Source: Peptococcaceae bacterium
GTDB taxonomy: Bacteria; Bacillota; Peptococcia; Peptococcales; Peptococcaceae
Assembly: GCA_900759105.1 (NCBI GenBank)
Contig: CAAETY010000147.1
Location: 7,431 to 71,430 of the forward strand
Direction of reading: 5' to 3'
DNA length: 64,000 nucleotides
This document shows, piece by piece, positions 19,293-29,049 of the stretch. Position numbers and translations under genes: made by a program. The notes beneath the pieces are model-generated. The model was not told the origin of the DNA, did not search any database, and was given only the letters and a program-made list of their open reading frames with translations. Numbering within the stretch: position 1 is the first letter of the stretch; every line of letters starts with the position of its first letter.

Positions 19293-19462
19293 ATATCCAC
19301 AGATATGAACACTGTTTTCCACAAAAACTGTGGAAAACCCTTCGGATAAGTGGTGAGTTTTCCACAAAATGCCGTGGAAAACTCGCTGTCATAAGGGGAA
19401 AACTCTCAAAGAATCCCGTAAAATCCCAAAATGTATCGTGTGGAAAATGTGGAAAGTTAAAA
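19293..19462. repeat. cluster of TGTGGAAAA / TTTTCCACA boxes (two palindromic pairs plus direct copies, and one ATATCCACA)
   Basis: TTTTCCACA-aaaact-TGTGGAAAA (19315-19337); GAGTTTTCCACA-aaatgcc-GTGGAAAACTC (19355-19384); GTGTGGAAAATGTGGAAAG (19438-19456); ATATCCACA at 19294. Confidence 0.5.
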
Positions 19463-19651
19463 ATAGGTAAACTTTGGAAAAGTATATTCGATATTAGTGT
19501 ATAAAGAATATTGTACATTTTTTCCGAATTTTATTGTCCGTCATGGTTGCATTTTTGTAATGCACACTTTATCATACAAGTACGTTCATATTTTATAGAT
19601 ACGGGCGTTCATCCAAATTGAATGTAGAATAGTAGAATGGGGGATATGAGG

Positions 19652-20674
19652 ATGAAATTTAAAAAGTGGGTTGCCGGGATGGTTCTCGGCAGCATGGTAG
19701 TATTAGGCGGGTGTGGCGGCGGAAATACCACCGCAGGCAGTGCGACTGCTGAAAAAGCCGCCGATTCGGATGCTTTGCAAGTGGGGATTGTTCAGCTTGC
19801 GGATCACGTAGCACTTGACCGTGCACGTCAAGGCTTTGAAGACGGTTTGGAAGAAGCCGGCTTTAAGATTGGCGAAGATGTCGTGATTGATTTCCAAAAT
19901 GCACAGGCAGACCAATCGAATTTGGACACCATTACAAAGCAATTCGCAAGTGACAAAAAAGACCTTGTGTGTGCCATTGCGACCCAAGCGGCCGTGCAAA
20001 TGGCAAGTGCAAGCAGTGACATTCCTATTGTAGGGACTGCGATTACCGACTACGAAGCAGCCAACCTTGTTCAATCCAATGACAAGCCGGGCGGCAATGT
20101 AACCGGTACCAGCGACATGAACCCTATTGCCGATCAAGTGGCATTGATGCAAAAGATGTTACCGGATATCAAGACTGTCGGGATTATCTACAGCTCTTCC
20201 GAAGAAAACTCTCGCATTCAAGCAGAAATGTATACCAAAGAATGTGAAAAGGCCGGTATCAAGGTTGAAGAAATGACCATTTCCAACGTCAACGAAATTC
20301 AACAAGCAGCGACCAGCTTGATTGGTAAAAAGATAGATGCCATTTATGTGCCAACCGATAACCTGATGGCAAGCGCGTTGACCACATTGACCGGCATTAC
20401 CAATGAAAAGAAAATTCCGGTATTTGGTGGCGAAGTGGCACACTTAAACAGTGGTGCACTGGCAACCGTAAGTATCGATTACTATGAGCTTGGCAAGCAA
20501 ACCGGTGCCATGGCAGCAAAGATTTTGAAGGGCGAAGCAACGCCTGATAGCATGCCAATTGAAATGCCGGAAGTGACCACCACAGCGATTAACAAATTGG
20601 CTGTAGACACTCTTGGCATTACTGTACCGGATGATTTGACCGAATTCGTGAGTGAATATAGTCAAGAAAAGTAA
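19652..20674 (+). CDS. ABC transporter substrate-binding lipoprotein, paralog 1
   Basis: Lipoprotein signal with LGGCGG lipobox; periplasmic-binding fold; about 85% identical to the next gene. Confidence 0.75.
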   Translation: MKFKKWVAGMVLGSMVVLGGCGGGNTTAGSATAEKAADSDALQVGIVQLADHVALDRARQGFEDGLEEAGFKIGEDVVIDFQNAQADQSNLDTITKQFASDKKDLVCAIATQAAVQMASASSDIPIVGTAITDYEAANLVQSNDKPGGNVTGTSDMNPIADQVALMQKMLPDIKTVGIIYSSSEENSRIQAEMYTKECEKAGIKVEEMTISNVNEIQQAATSLIGKKIDAIYVPTDNLMASALTTLTGITNEKKIPVFGGEVAHLNSGALATVSIDYYELGKQTGAMAAKILKGEATPDSMPIEMPEVTTTAINKLAVDTLGITVPDDLTEFVSEYSQEK

Positions 20675-20759
20675 TTGAGTAGGTAGTTACAGCAAGGTCT
20701 GTATTGAACCGGGCTGTGATGATAAATTTGTAGGATTTTGTAGAATGGAGGCAATCAAT

Positions 20760-21794
20760 ATGAAGTTAAAGAAATGGATCGCAGGTGTAGCGCTCGGTAG
20801 TATGATGGTTTTGGCAGGTTGCGGTGGAGCTGGTTCCACCACAGGAAGTACGGCAGATGAAGGCAGCGCAACTGCGGAAGCAAACAGTGATGCACTGCAA
20901 ATTGGGATTATCCAACTTGCGGACCACGTGGCACTTGATCGTGCACGTCAAGGCTTTGAAGACGGCTTGGAAGAAGCAGGCTTCAAAATCGGCGAAGATG
21001 TTGAAATTGAATTCCAAAATGCACAAGGTGACCAGTCCAACTTGGACACCATCACCAAACAATTTGCATCTGACAAAAAAGATTTGGTGTGCGCGATTGC
21101 AACACAAGCAGCTGTTCAGATGAAGAGCGCAAGCGCAGACATTCCAATTGTAGGGACCGCAATTACCGACTACGAAGCAGCCAAACTCGTTGATTCCAAC
21201 GAAAAACCGGGAGGCAACGTAACCGGTACCAGCGATATGAACCCAATTAAAGACCAAGTGGCATTGATGCAAAAAATGATTCCGGACCTTAAGACTGCCG
21301 GGATTATCTACAGCTCTGCCGAAGAAAACTCCCGCATTCAAGCAGATATGTTCAAACAAGAATGTGAAGCGCTTGGTATTGCGGTTGAAGAAATGACCAT
21401 TTCCAATGTTAATGAAATTCAGCAAGCAGCAACCAGCTTGATTGGCAAAAACATTCAAGCCATCTACGTGCCAACCGATAATATGTTGGCCAGTGCCATC
21501 ACCACATTGACCGGGATTACCAATGAAAAGAAAATCCCTGTATTCACCGGTGAAGTTGGTATGATGAGCGGTGGCGGCCTTGCTACTGTCAGCGTTGACT
21601 ACTACGAACTCGGGAAGCAAACCGGTGCGATGGCAGCAAAAATCTTGAAGGGTGAAGCAACCCCAGACAGCATGCCAATCGAAATGGCCGATGTAACCAC
21701 CACTGCAATCAACAAAGCAACTGTTGAAGCATTGGGCATCGAAGTGCCTGAGGACCTCAAAGAATATGTTCAAGACTACAGCGCTGAAGAATAA
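20760..21794 (+). CDS. ABC transporter substrate-binding lipoprotein, paralog 2
   Basis: Lipobox LAGCGG; GGAGG RBS 7 nt upstream of the ATG at 20760. Confidence 0.75.
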   Translation: MKLKKWIAGVALGSMMVLAGCGGAGSTTGSTADEGSATAEANSDALQIGIIQLADHVALDRARQGFEDGLEEAGFKIGEDVEIEFQNAQGDQSNLDTITKQFASDKKDLVCAIATQAAVQMKSASADIPIVGTAITDYEAAKLVDSNEKPGGNVTGTSDMNPIKDQVALMQKMIPDLKTAGIIYSSAEENSRIQADMFKQECEALGIAVEEMTISNVNEIQQAATSLIGKNIQAIYVPTDNMLASAITTLTGITNEKKIPVFTGEVGMMSGGGLATVSVDYYELGKQTGAMAAKILKGEATPDSMPIEMADVTTTAINKATVEALGIEVPEDLKEYVQDYSAEE

Positions 21795-21971
21795 CAGCCG
21801 GATATAGTTCAATACAAAACGAAGGAGTTAAGCCAACGCCTTCGTTTTGTTTGTTTATTCCGAAAATAATAATTTGCTCGTAAGATGTTAGGATAAATGC
21901 CTTTCTTATGCTATAATAGCTAATAGGTGTTACAAACATCTTATAATTTTCAATGTAAGATGGAGGATACT

Positions 21972-22847
21972 ATGGAACTCATTATGTCTACTGTCGCACA
22001 AGGGCTTTTGTGGGCAGTGCTCGCGATTGGTTTATTTTTAACCTTCCGTATTTTGGATATTGCAGACCTTTCGATTGAAGGCTCCTATCCGTTGGGTGGG
22101 GCGATTGCCGTTATGACAATTACAGCCGGTCGTTCACCGGTATTGGCCGTTGTTTTGGCCTTTTTGGGTGGCTGCGTTGCAGGCGCTGTAACAGGCTTTT
22201 TGCATACCAAGCTCAAGATTCCGGCGCTGTTGGCGGGGATTTTAACCATGATTGGTTTGTATTCTGTCAACCTTCGTATTATGGGTCGTGCAACCACATC
22301 CATTCTTGGGATGAACACGGTATACACTGCTTTTGAAGGCAGCATGAGCAAGGTAATGTCAACCTTTACCGTTGGTTTGCTTGTGACCGTACTTGTATGG
22401 GTGTTCTGCTATGTGTTTTTCGGTACCGAGCTTGGTGCGGCGATTCGTGCAACCGGGGATAACCCTCAAATGATTCGCGCGCAAGGGGTTAATACCGATA
22501 TTACCATTATCCTCGGCTTGGTGCTTTCCAATGGTTTTGTAGGGATTACTGGTGCGTTGATTTCACAATCCAACGGCTATGCCGATGTTGGGATGGGGAC
22601 TGGGGTCCTCGTTACCGGCTTGGCTTCCATCATCATTGGGGAAGTATTGTTTGGCACCCGTAGCTTCAAAAACTGGCTCATCAGCGTAGTTTTGGGGTCC
22701 ATCGCTTACCGTGCGGTGGTTGCCTTCGTGCTCTGGCTTGGCATGAATCCAAATGACCTCAAGCTGCTCACTGCTGTGATCGTTGCTGTTGCACTTGCGC
22801 TTCCATTGATTAAGAGCAAGATGCAAAAGATGTGTTCCAATGCGTAA
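21972..22847 (+). CDS. ABC transporter permease
   Basis: About 290 aa polytopic membrane protein; GGAGGA RBS. Confidence 0.75.
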   Translation: MELIMSTVAQGLLWAVLAIGLFLTFRILDIADLSIEGSYPLGGAIAVMTITAGRSPVLAVVLAFLGGCVAGAVTGFLHTKLKIPALLAGILTMIGLYSVNLRIMGRATTSILGMNTVYTAFEGSMSKVMSTFTVGLLVTVLVWVFCYVFFGTELGAAIRATGDNPQMIRAQGVNTDITIILGLVLSNGFVGITGALISQSNGYADVGMGTGVLVTGLASIIIGEVLFGTRSFKNWLISVVLGSIAYRAVVAFVLWLGMNPNDLKLLTAVIVAVALALPLIKSKMQKMCSNA

Positions 22848-22862
22848 TAGGGGGTCAGTACT

Positions 22863-23657
22863 ATGTTAGATATCAAATCCATTGAAAAAACCTTTAATGC
22901 CGGGACCGTCAACCAAAAGAAAGCGTTAAATGGTCTGAGCTTGCACTTGGATGAAGGCGACTTTGTTACCGTCATCGGGGGCAACGGGGCAGGCAAATCT
23001 ACCATGATGAATGCCATCGCCGGTGTTTTTCCTGTTGACAAAGGTGAAATTACTATAAATAATGTAAATGTAACAAAGTTTCCTGAGCATAAGCGTGCGC
23101 AGTATATCGGTCGCGTATTCCAGGACCCAATGATGGGCACTTGTGCCAATATGCAAATCGAAGAAAATCTCTCCATTGCGTCTCGCCGTGGGCAAACCCC
23201 GGGCTTGCGCTGGAGTGCACGTGCAAAGGACCGTGCCTTTTTTAAGGAACGTTTATCCATGCTCGGCTTGGGGTTGGAGGAACGTCTTACCGACCGTGTA
23301 GGGCTATTGAGTGGTGGCCAACGTCAAGCATTGACCCTTTTGATGGCAACCTTGAAGCGTCCGGATATTTTGTTGCTTGACGAACACACCGCTGCGCTTG
23401 ACCCAAAGACTGCAGCGAAGGTGCTTGAAATCACCGAACAAATCGTCGGTGAATACGGCTTTACCACCATTATGATTACGCACAACATGCGCGATGCCAT
23501 CAATCATGGCAATCGTTTGGTTATGCTCGACAGTGGGCGCGTGGTGGTTGATATCAAAAAAGCCGACTATCCAAACTTGTCCGTACAGGACTTATTACAA
23601 ATGTTTGAGAAGGCCAGCGGCGACGCTATGCTTAGCGATGGGTTGCTCCTTTCTTAA
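22863..23657 (+). CDS. ABC transporter ATP-binding protein
   Basis: Walker A GGNGAGKST, LSGGQRQ signature motif, Walker B LLLDE. Confidence 0.9.
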   Translation: MLDIKSIEKTFNAGTVNQKKALNGLSLHLDEGDFVTVIGGNGAGKSTMMNAIAGVFPVDKGEITINNVNVTKFPEHKRAQYIGRVFQDPMMGTCANMQIEENLSIASRRGQTPGLRWSARAKDRAFFKERLSMLGLGLEERLTDRVGLLSGGQRQALTLLMATLKRPDILLLDEHTAALDPKTAAKVLEITEQIVGEYGFTTIMITHNMRDAINHGNRLVMLDSGRVVVDIKKADYPNLSVQDLLQMFEKASGDAMLSDGLLLS

Positions 23658-23686
23658 TAAAATACTTTATGAGGTGAACAAAAGAA

Positions 23687-24889
23687 ATGATCGTATTAGT
23701 CATGAACAGCGGGAGCTCTTCTTTGAAGTTCCAGCTCATCAACATGGAAAACGGCGAAGTTATGTCCAAGGGTCTTGTAGAACGCATTGGTCTTGGCGGT
23801 ACCGCGGGCTTTGAAGTAAAAGCTAAGGGTGAAAAGTTGAAAAAGGACGTTACTGCAGATGACCACAAGCAAGCTGTGGCTCTCGTTGTAGACGCACTTA
23901 CCAAGGGTGACCTTGCAGTTGTTGACGATCTCAGCATGATCAGCGCTATTGGTCATCGTATCGTACAAGGTGGGGACTCCTTCCCTAAAGCAGCTGTTGT
24001 CGATCAACGCGTGAAGGACCTCGTTGAAGGTTACGGCGTAATGGCTCCACTTCATAACTACGCTGCACTCGCTGGCATCATCGCTTGCGAAGAAAACATG
24101 CCAGGCATTCCATCCGTGTGCGTATTTGACACTTCTTACCACATGACCATGGATGCAGCACACTACATGTATGCAATTCCTTACGAAGACTACGAAAACC
24201 TCAAGGTTCGTCGTTACGGCGCTCACGGCACCAGCCACAAGTATGTAGCTCGTGAAGCTGCTAAGGCGCTTGGTCGTCCAATCGAAGACCTTAAGATTAT
24301 CACCTGCCACCTCGGTAATGGTGCAAGTGTATCCGCAATCAACGGCGGTAAAGTAATGGATACCTCCATGGGCTTCACCCCACTCGAAGGTCTTGTAATG
24401 GGTACCCGTACCGGTGATATGGACCCAGCTGCAGTTCTTTACATCATGAAGAACAAGGGTTACACCCCAGACGAAATGGATACCTACGTAAACAAGAAAT
24501 CCGGTCTTCTCGGTGTAAGCGGTATCTCCAATGACTTCCGTGACATCGAAGCTGCTATGGACGAAGGCAACGAACGCGCACAACTCGCTTATGACATGTT
24601 CGCTCTCCGCGTGAAGAAGTACATCGGTGCTTACTACGCAGAACTCAACGGTTGCGATGCTATCGTATTCACCGCTGGTATCGGTGAAAACGACGACCGT
24701 GTTCGCGCTTCCATCTGCGCTGATCTCGAAGCACTTGGCATTGCTATCGATGCTGACAAGAACAGCGGTTGCCGCGAATTCCGTGACATTAGCGCTGAAG
24801 GTGCTAAGGCTCACGCTTTCGTTATCCCAACCAACGAAGAATACGCTATTGCTCTCGAAACTGTTGAAGCAATTTCCGAAGCAAAGTAA
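23687..24889 (+). CDS. ackA: acetate kinase
   Basis: 400 aa; N-terminal VLVMNSGSSSLKFQL and full-length AckA architecture. Confidence 0.95.
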   Translation: MIVLVMNSGSSSLKFQLINMENGEVMSKGLVERIGLGGTAGFEVKAKGEKLKKDVTADDHKQAVALVVDALTKGDLAVVDDLSMISAIGHRIVQGGDSFPKAAVVDQRVKDLVEGYGVMAPLHNYAALAGIIACEENMPGIPSVCVFDTSYHMTMDAAHYMYAIPYEDYENLKVRRYGAHGTSHKYVAREAAKALGRPIEDLKIITCHLGNGASVSAINGGKVMDTSMGFTPLEGLVMGTRTGDMDPAAVLYIMKNKGYTPDEMDTYVNKKSGLLGVSGISNDFRDIEAAMDEGNERAQLAYDMFALRVKKYIGAYYAELNGCDAIVFTAGIGENDDRVRASICADLEALGIAIDADKNSGCREFRDISAEGAKAHAFVIPTNEEYAIALETVEAISEAK

Positions 24890-24900
24890 GTTAAACCTCA

Positions 24901-24935
24901 AAAACAGCCTTCTTAGGAGGGCTGTTTTTTTTATG
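24901..24935 (+). terminator. rho-independent terminator
   Basis: AACAGCCTTCTTAGGAGGGCTGTT hairpin followed by a T8 run. Confidence 0.85.
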
Positions 24936-25056
24936 CGAAAATAATCACAAATGTTGCATGTAACCCCTTGACGCGAACCTTGTGAAAGATTACATTAAGT
25001 ATAGAATGTATTGATGATTCGTTATATTAAAAGTTATATTAAAAAGGGGATTTGAA

Positions 25057-26019
25057 ATGCAAAACGAAAACGAAAAAGAAAATGACAACGACAATAACGG
25101 TGGTGCGTTCGGTAGATTGGTGGTTTCGCTGATTTTGGCGATTGGTGTAATCTGTCTGATTGGTCTGATTGCCAACAGTGGAGAGGGGCGCATGAATATT
25201 CCCTATGGGAAAGAGGCGCGTGACTGCCAAGTCAGTGAAGAACGCATGGACAGTTTAGATAATAAATTGCGCGATTATGTGGCGCAAATTGACGGCCAAT
25301 GGAGCGTATACGTGAAGGACCTGCGCCATGGGCTGACCTTGAGCATGAATAATGAACCTATGTATGCAGCCAGCTTGATTAAAATCTATGTGATGGAAAG
25401 CACTTATGCGCATATGGATACGGTGCTCGACAATGCGTCTGCACTTTATGGGGAAGACGAGGCGCAGACAATCGTTGATATGCTGCTTGAAAATATGATT
25501 GCTCGCTCTGATAACGATTCCTTCAATGAATTGGTACGTTTGCACAGTGCAAACCATAGCTTTACCGAAGGAGCGGAAACCATCAATGCTTATTTAAGCG
25601 AACAAGGCTATAAGGATACCGTCATTTTCCATACCCTGCATCCGGCAGAATCTGAACCGGAAGCAATTTCTGATAATCCGGGTGATTTAAATGAAACCAG
25701 CGTGAAGGATTGCGGCTTGTTGTTGGATCGTATCTATAACAATGAATGCGTGTCCTACGATGCCTCTCAAGCCATGCTGTCATTATTAAGTATGCAAGAA
25801 AATGACACCAAGATTCATGCGGGCATTGCGGATGCGAAAAAAATTGTTAACAAAACCGGTGAAACCGATAAGCAACAGCACGATGTTGCCATTGTGTACA
25901 CCACAGACCGTGACTATATTCTTTGCATCATGTCAACTGCGTTGACATCAGAGGATGAAGAGGCAGGCGTGGAAAACGTGAAAAACGTGGCAAGCCTTGT
26001 CGGAAAAACGTTGACCTAA
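25057..26019 (+). CDS. membrane-anchored class A beta-lactamase-like serine hydrolase
   Basis: N-terminal TM helix; S-x-x-K (ASLIK), SDN (RSDNDS) and KTG (NKTGET) motifs appear in class A order. Confidence 0.6.
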   Translation: MQNENEKENDNDNNGGAFGRLVVSLILAIGVICLIGLIANSGEGRMNIPYGKEARDCQVSEERMDSLDNKLRDYVAQIDGQWSVYVKDLRHGLTLSMNNEPMYAASLIKIYVMESTYAHMDTVLDNASALYGEDEAQTIVDMLLENMIARSDNDSFNELVRLHSANHSFTEGAETINAYLSEQGYKDTVIFHTLHPAESEPEAISDNPGDLNETSVKDCGLLLDRIYNNECVSYDASQAMLSLLSMQENDTKIHAGIADAKKIVNKTGETDKQQHDVAIVYTTDRDYILCIMSTALTSEDEEAGVENVKNVASLVGKTLT

Positions 26020-26028
26020 CAATAAAAT

Positions 26029-26066
26029 AAGAGCACTTCGAAATCGAAAGTGCTCTTATTTTTTTA
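26029..26066. terminator. rho-independent terminator (probably bidirectional)
   Basis: AAGAGCACTTCGAAATCGAAAGTGCTCTT hairpin followed by a T7 run. Confidence 0.8.
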
Positions 26067-26495
26067 TGCTTTTTCAAAAATTTGGGCAACGCCATGCTCA
26101 TTGGGGCGGCGTTCGATATTGAGATCCAGGAGTTCTTGAATGACCAGCTCGGCAAGATAGAGAATACGGCAGCCATGGTTGAGATGTCCGGCGTAGGTGT
26201 GAGTGGTATCGGCAAGCACGCCGTGAAGGTGCACATCGCCATCGCAGATAAAGCCGTCAATAGCAACGACTTCACAGGAGGTGATACTGTGGTCGGTGAT
26301 AAAATCTATGGGATACTCGTTTCCTTGTACGACATTGAGGGAAGCACGGTCCAGTGTGGCGATACCAGTGAGAATGACGGCGTTGGCAACATGGTGCGCT
26401 TGCACCAAGGCTTCAATGCCTGCGATTAAATCCTCGCCCTGTTCCAGCTTCAAAATAAAGGTGCGACCGACTTGGTTGGAAATAAAGGTTTGCAT
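26064..26495 (-). CDS. PPC (DUF296) domain protein
   Basis: 143 aa; GRxFxLKLxxGEDL ... HLHxxL ... GHL pattern characteristic of the PPC domain. Confidence 0.6.
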   Translation of the reverse strand: MQTFISNQVGRTFILKLEQGEDLIAGIEALVQAHHVANAVILTGIATLDRASLNVVQGNEYPIDFITDHSITSCEVVAIDGFICDGDVHLHGVLADTTHTYAGHLNHGCRILYLAELVIQELLDLNIERRPNEHGVAQIFEKA

Positions 26496-26514
26496 AGGGG
26501 TTCCTCCTTTTATG

Positions 26515-27327
26515 CTATACGTCCTCGCCTAAGCGAAAGGCTTCCATCATTTTGGCAGTTAGACTCAAAGTGGCGTCGCTCATCGGTAAAAACTCACGCT
26601 CCATCCAAACCGCTTCGGAAAGCTCGTTTTGGTCCAAGACAATATCCGGACTGCCATCTAGGTCGCAAAAAAAGCCTACCAATAATGAGCGCGAAAATCC
26701 CCATGGTTGGTTGTCAAAGTAGCGGATGTTTTTGACACGAAGTCCCACTTCTTCCATAATTTCACGGCGTACAGCATCCTCTAAAGCTTCGCCGATTTCC
26801 ACAAAGCCGGCAATCAGTGCATAATTGCGGTAACTTCCATGGGCATAGCGGGATAATACCATGCGCTCTCCGTCTAAAATGCCGACAATAACAGCAATGG
26901 CAATATCCGGATAAATAATATGCCCACAATCAGGACAAACCAAAGCGCGTTCATCATCCTTGTGAATCAATGGTGTGGCGCAACGGCCGCAATAACGGTG
27001 GTCGTGGTACCATGTGGCAAGATGATGCCCTGTTACCATTGCAAAAGCGAGCCATTGCGGAAGCTTAGCACGTAAGGTGCGAATGTCGCAGTAGGTGAGG
27101 GTGTCTGTTTCGTCAACCGTCTCGCAGGCGAGATAAAAGCCGACATCGGAAATCGTAAAGAGAAATTGCGGTGGGGTGGTGGTAGAAATTGCTGATACTA
27201 ACGGCAAATCCGCTTCTCCCGAAAGCACTGCGCCATCACGATAACATAGCAATACATCCGTTTCAGGATTCGGTGTCTTGTTGGTATATTCGCAGTGATA
27301 CGTCTTATCGCCAATATGGTGTAGCAT
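26515..27327 (-). CDS. nudC: NAD+ diphosphatase NudC (NUDIX hydrolase with zinc ribbon)
   Basis: C-x2-C...C-x2-C zinc ribbon (CGRCATP...CPDCG) followed by the Nudix box REIMEEVG. Confidence 0.8.
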   Translation of the reverse strand: MLHHIGDKTYHCEYTNKTPNPETDVLLCYRDGAVLSGEADLPLVSAISTTTPPQFLFTISDVGFYLACETVDETDTLTYCDIRTLRAKLPQWLAFAMVTGHHLATWYHDHRYCGRCATPLIHKDDERALVCPDCGHIIYPDIAIAVIVGILDGERMVLSRYAHGSYRNYALIAGFVEIGEALEDAVRREIMEEVGLRVKNIRYFDNQPWGFSRSLLVGFFCDLDGSPDIVLDQNELSEAVWMEREFLPMSDATLSLTAKMMEAFRLGEDV

Positions 27328-27456
27328 GCGTGCGACCTCCTTTTGTTGGTACTTTTATTGTAGGAGGCGAATTGCGACATTGCAATAAGGCATGAAAGAA
27401 TCTGTGGCCAATACATTGCCTTTGGTGGATGTGGCCTGTAAAATAGATGAAAAGGA

Positions 27457-28272
27457 GTGATTGAGATGAAAAAGATAATGGCAACGATGCTTGCCGTTTT
27501 GATGTTTATTGGTTCCTTTGCTATTGCACAACCGAGTCAAGCACAGACTATGGAGGTGTTGATTGACGGGCTGACATTGGAAACCGACCAGCCGCCGATT
27601 GTTTACCAAAGTCGCACCATGGTGCCATTGCGTGCGATTTTTGAAGCCTTGGGCGCAAAAGTGACCTGGACAGCAGGCAGTGGCTCCATTTATTGCCGCC
27701 GAGATGGCGCGTCCATCAGCCTCAAGGTGAATGACAGCACCGCCTATATCAATGGGGAGCGTGTGACCTTGGATGTACCGCCGCTTGCTGTCAACGGACG
27801 TACCTTGGTGCCGGTGCGTGTGGTAAGTGAGGCCCTGGGCGCTACCTGTGAATGGGTGCGCGAATCGAATCGCGTATATATTACCTCCAACGACGGGTAT
27901 GTGGGCGTGATGCGTGTGGATTATGATGCGCTTCTGCCAAGCGAATTAAAGAAGGTATCACAGAGTGCATTGGGCGTTATTCATAATGTAAGAGCGATTT
28001 ACGAAAACACGTCACCGTATCCGATTGTGGACTACAAGCTGATTGGCTCAAACAAGGAAACCGGTAATCGTCACTATTTCACCTGCTATGATACCATCAT
28101 GCCGGGCGAGGATTCTCCAAGAATGGAGTCCTTGTTGGCCAGAGCTGAATATGTGGATGATATTCAATATCAAAAGCTGAGCGTGCAGTTGAAAACATCC
28201 TATGGAAAATTCCGCGTAGAGTATGATTGCAGATTGCAAGAAATTGAATCTGTGAATAAGGTAACAAATTAA
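27457..28272 (+). CDS. secreted protein with two copper-amine-oxidase-N (stalk) domains
   Basis: Signal peptide; repeats MVPLRAIFEALGAKVTW / LVPVRVVSEALGATCEW. Confidence 0.55.
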   Translation: MIEMKKIMATMLAVLMFIGSFAIAQPSQAQTMEVLIDGLTLETDQPPIVYQSRTMVPLRAIFEALGAKVTWTAGSGSIYCRRDGASISLKVNDSTAYINGERVTLDVPPLAVNGRTLVPVRVVSEALGATCEWVRESNRVYITSNDGYVGVMRVDYDALLPSELKKVSQSALGVIHNVRAIYENTSPYPIVDYKLIGSNKETGNRHYFTCYDTIMPGEDSPRMESLLARAEYVDDIQYQKLSVQLKTSYGKFRVEYDCRLQEIESVNKVTN

Positions 28273-28317
28273 GGCAGACATAAGCATACGACTGATTCAT
28301 TGGAAAGGAGTCTTAGT

Positions 28318-28569
28318 ATGGATGCAGGACTTGATATTGCCGTTGCGATGGACAACGCTGCAAATGTTGCGATGAACGAAGCCTTGAATTCAGAATGGGA
28401 TAACGCTAAAAATGCGGGACACGTTGAAGTATGTGATCCAATGGCGGAGGAAGCTGTTGAAGCATTTTGCGATACCTACGGACTGGTGTTGCCAACCTTG
28501 GCCCCATCCGAGTATGACCTCAAGACGCGCCGAGACACAACGCCGATGACCCAAGAACCAATCGAATAA
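28318..28569 (+). CDS. small acidic hypothetical protein
   Basis: 83 aa; GGAAAGGAG RBS; followed by the hairpin at 28574-28604. Confidence 0.35.
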   Translation: MDAGLDIAVAMDNAANVAMNEALNSEWDNAKNAGHVEVCDPMAEEAVEAFCDTYGLVLPTLAPSEYDLKTRRDTTPMTQEPIE

Positions 28570-28573
28570 TCGA

Positions 28574-28612
28574 CTGCCCCCACAATTTGATGATTGTGGG
28601 GGCAGTTGTGTT
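28574..28612 (+). terminator. putative terminator hairpin
   Basis: CTGCCCCCACAAT-ttgatg-ATTGTGGGGGCAG; the T-run is weak. Confidence 0.45.
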
Positions 28613-28648
28613 ATAATGAAGCGTATCAAAAAAGAAAGGAGCCTAGCC

Positions 28649-28900
28649 ATGACAAACCATCATCCCTATGCGGATATTTTGAACGCCACACGTCCCGAGC
28701 CGTCCTCACGTCATCCGCGTATGGAAACGCGAGAACGCGCCGGACAGTTTGGCTCCTTTGCAGCCTTAGTAGGCTATGAGAAAGCCGTTGCAGCACTTTC
28801 CGCACAGCTTGCCACCGGCAATTTGGCGCCGGAAGAAATCGACGCCTTTGTCGAAGCCTATTTCGGTGAAGTGCTCGGCCAAGAACCGCCGATGGAATAG
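28649..28900 (+). CDS. YolD-like small protein (possible)
   Basis: 83 aa; RBS AAAGGAG; the motif ERAGQFGSFAALVGYEKA resembles the YolD-family core R-A-x-QF-x-PFAAL-x-GY. Confidence 0.35.
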   Translation: MTNHHPYADILNATRPEPSSRHPRMETRERAGQFGSFAALVGYEKAVAALSAQLATGNLAPEEIDAFVEAYFGEVLGQEPPME

Positions 28901-29049
28901 CCTTGCCGCGGACGCGGTATATGCAAAATTACTAAACAGCCACTTGCGCAATCGCCCTATCATTGAACCCATTTGTCGTGTGTGATGACTGAAATATACC
29001 AATCTAAAATGCGTTATCCGATACAAGGACAACGCATTTTTCTGCAATG

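Noticed and set aside
19293-19462. Short repeats considered as a CRISPR array
   Set aside because: The units are only 9-12 bp, spaced irregularly, with a partly palindromic arrangement. There are no 25-40-bp repeats with unique spacers and no cas genes.
20766-21812. 348-aa minus-strand ORF
   Set aside because: It is antisense to the second substrate-binding lipoprotein gene. Its Cys/His/Phe-rich composition is typical of a spurious reverse frame.
23696-24901. 401-aa minus-strand ORF
   Set aside because: It is antisense to ackA, which is unambiguous.
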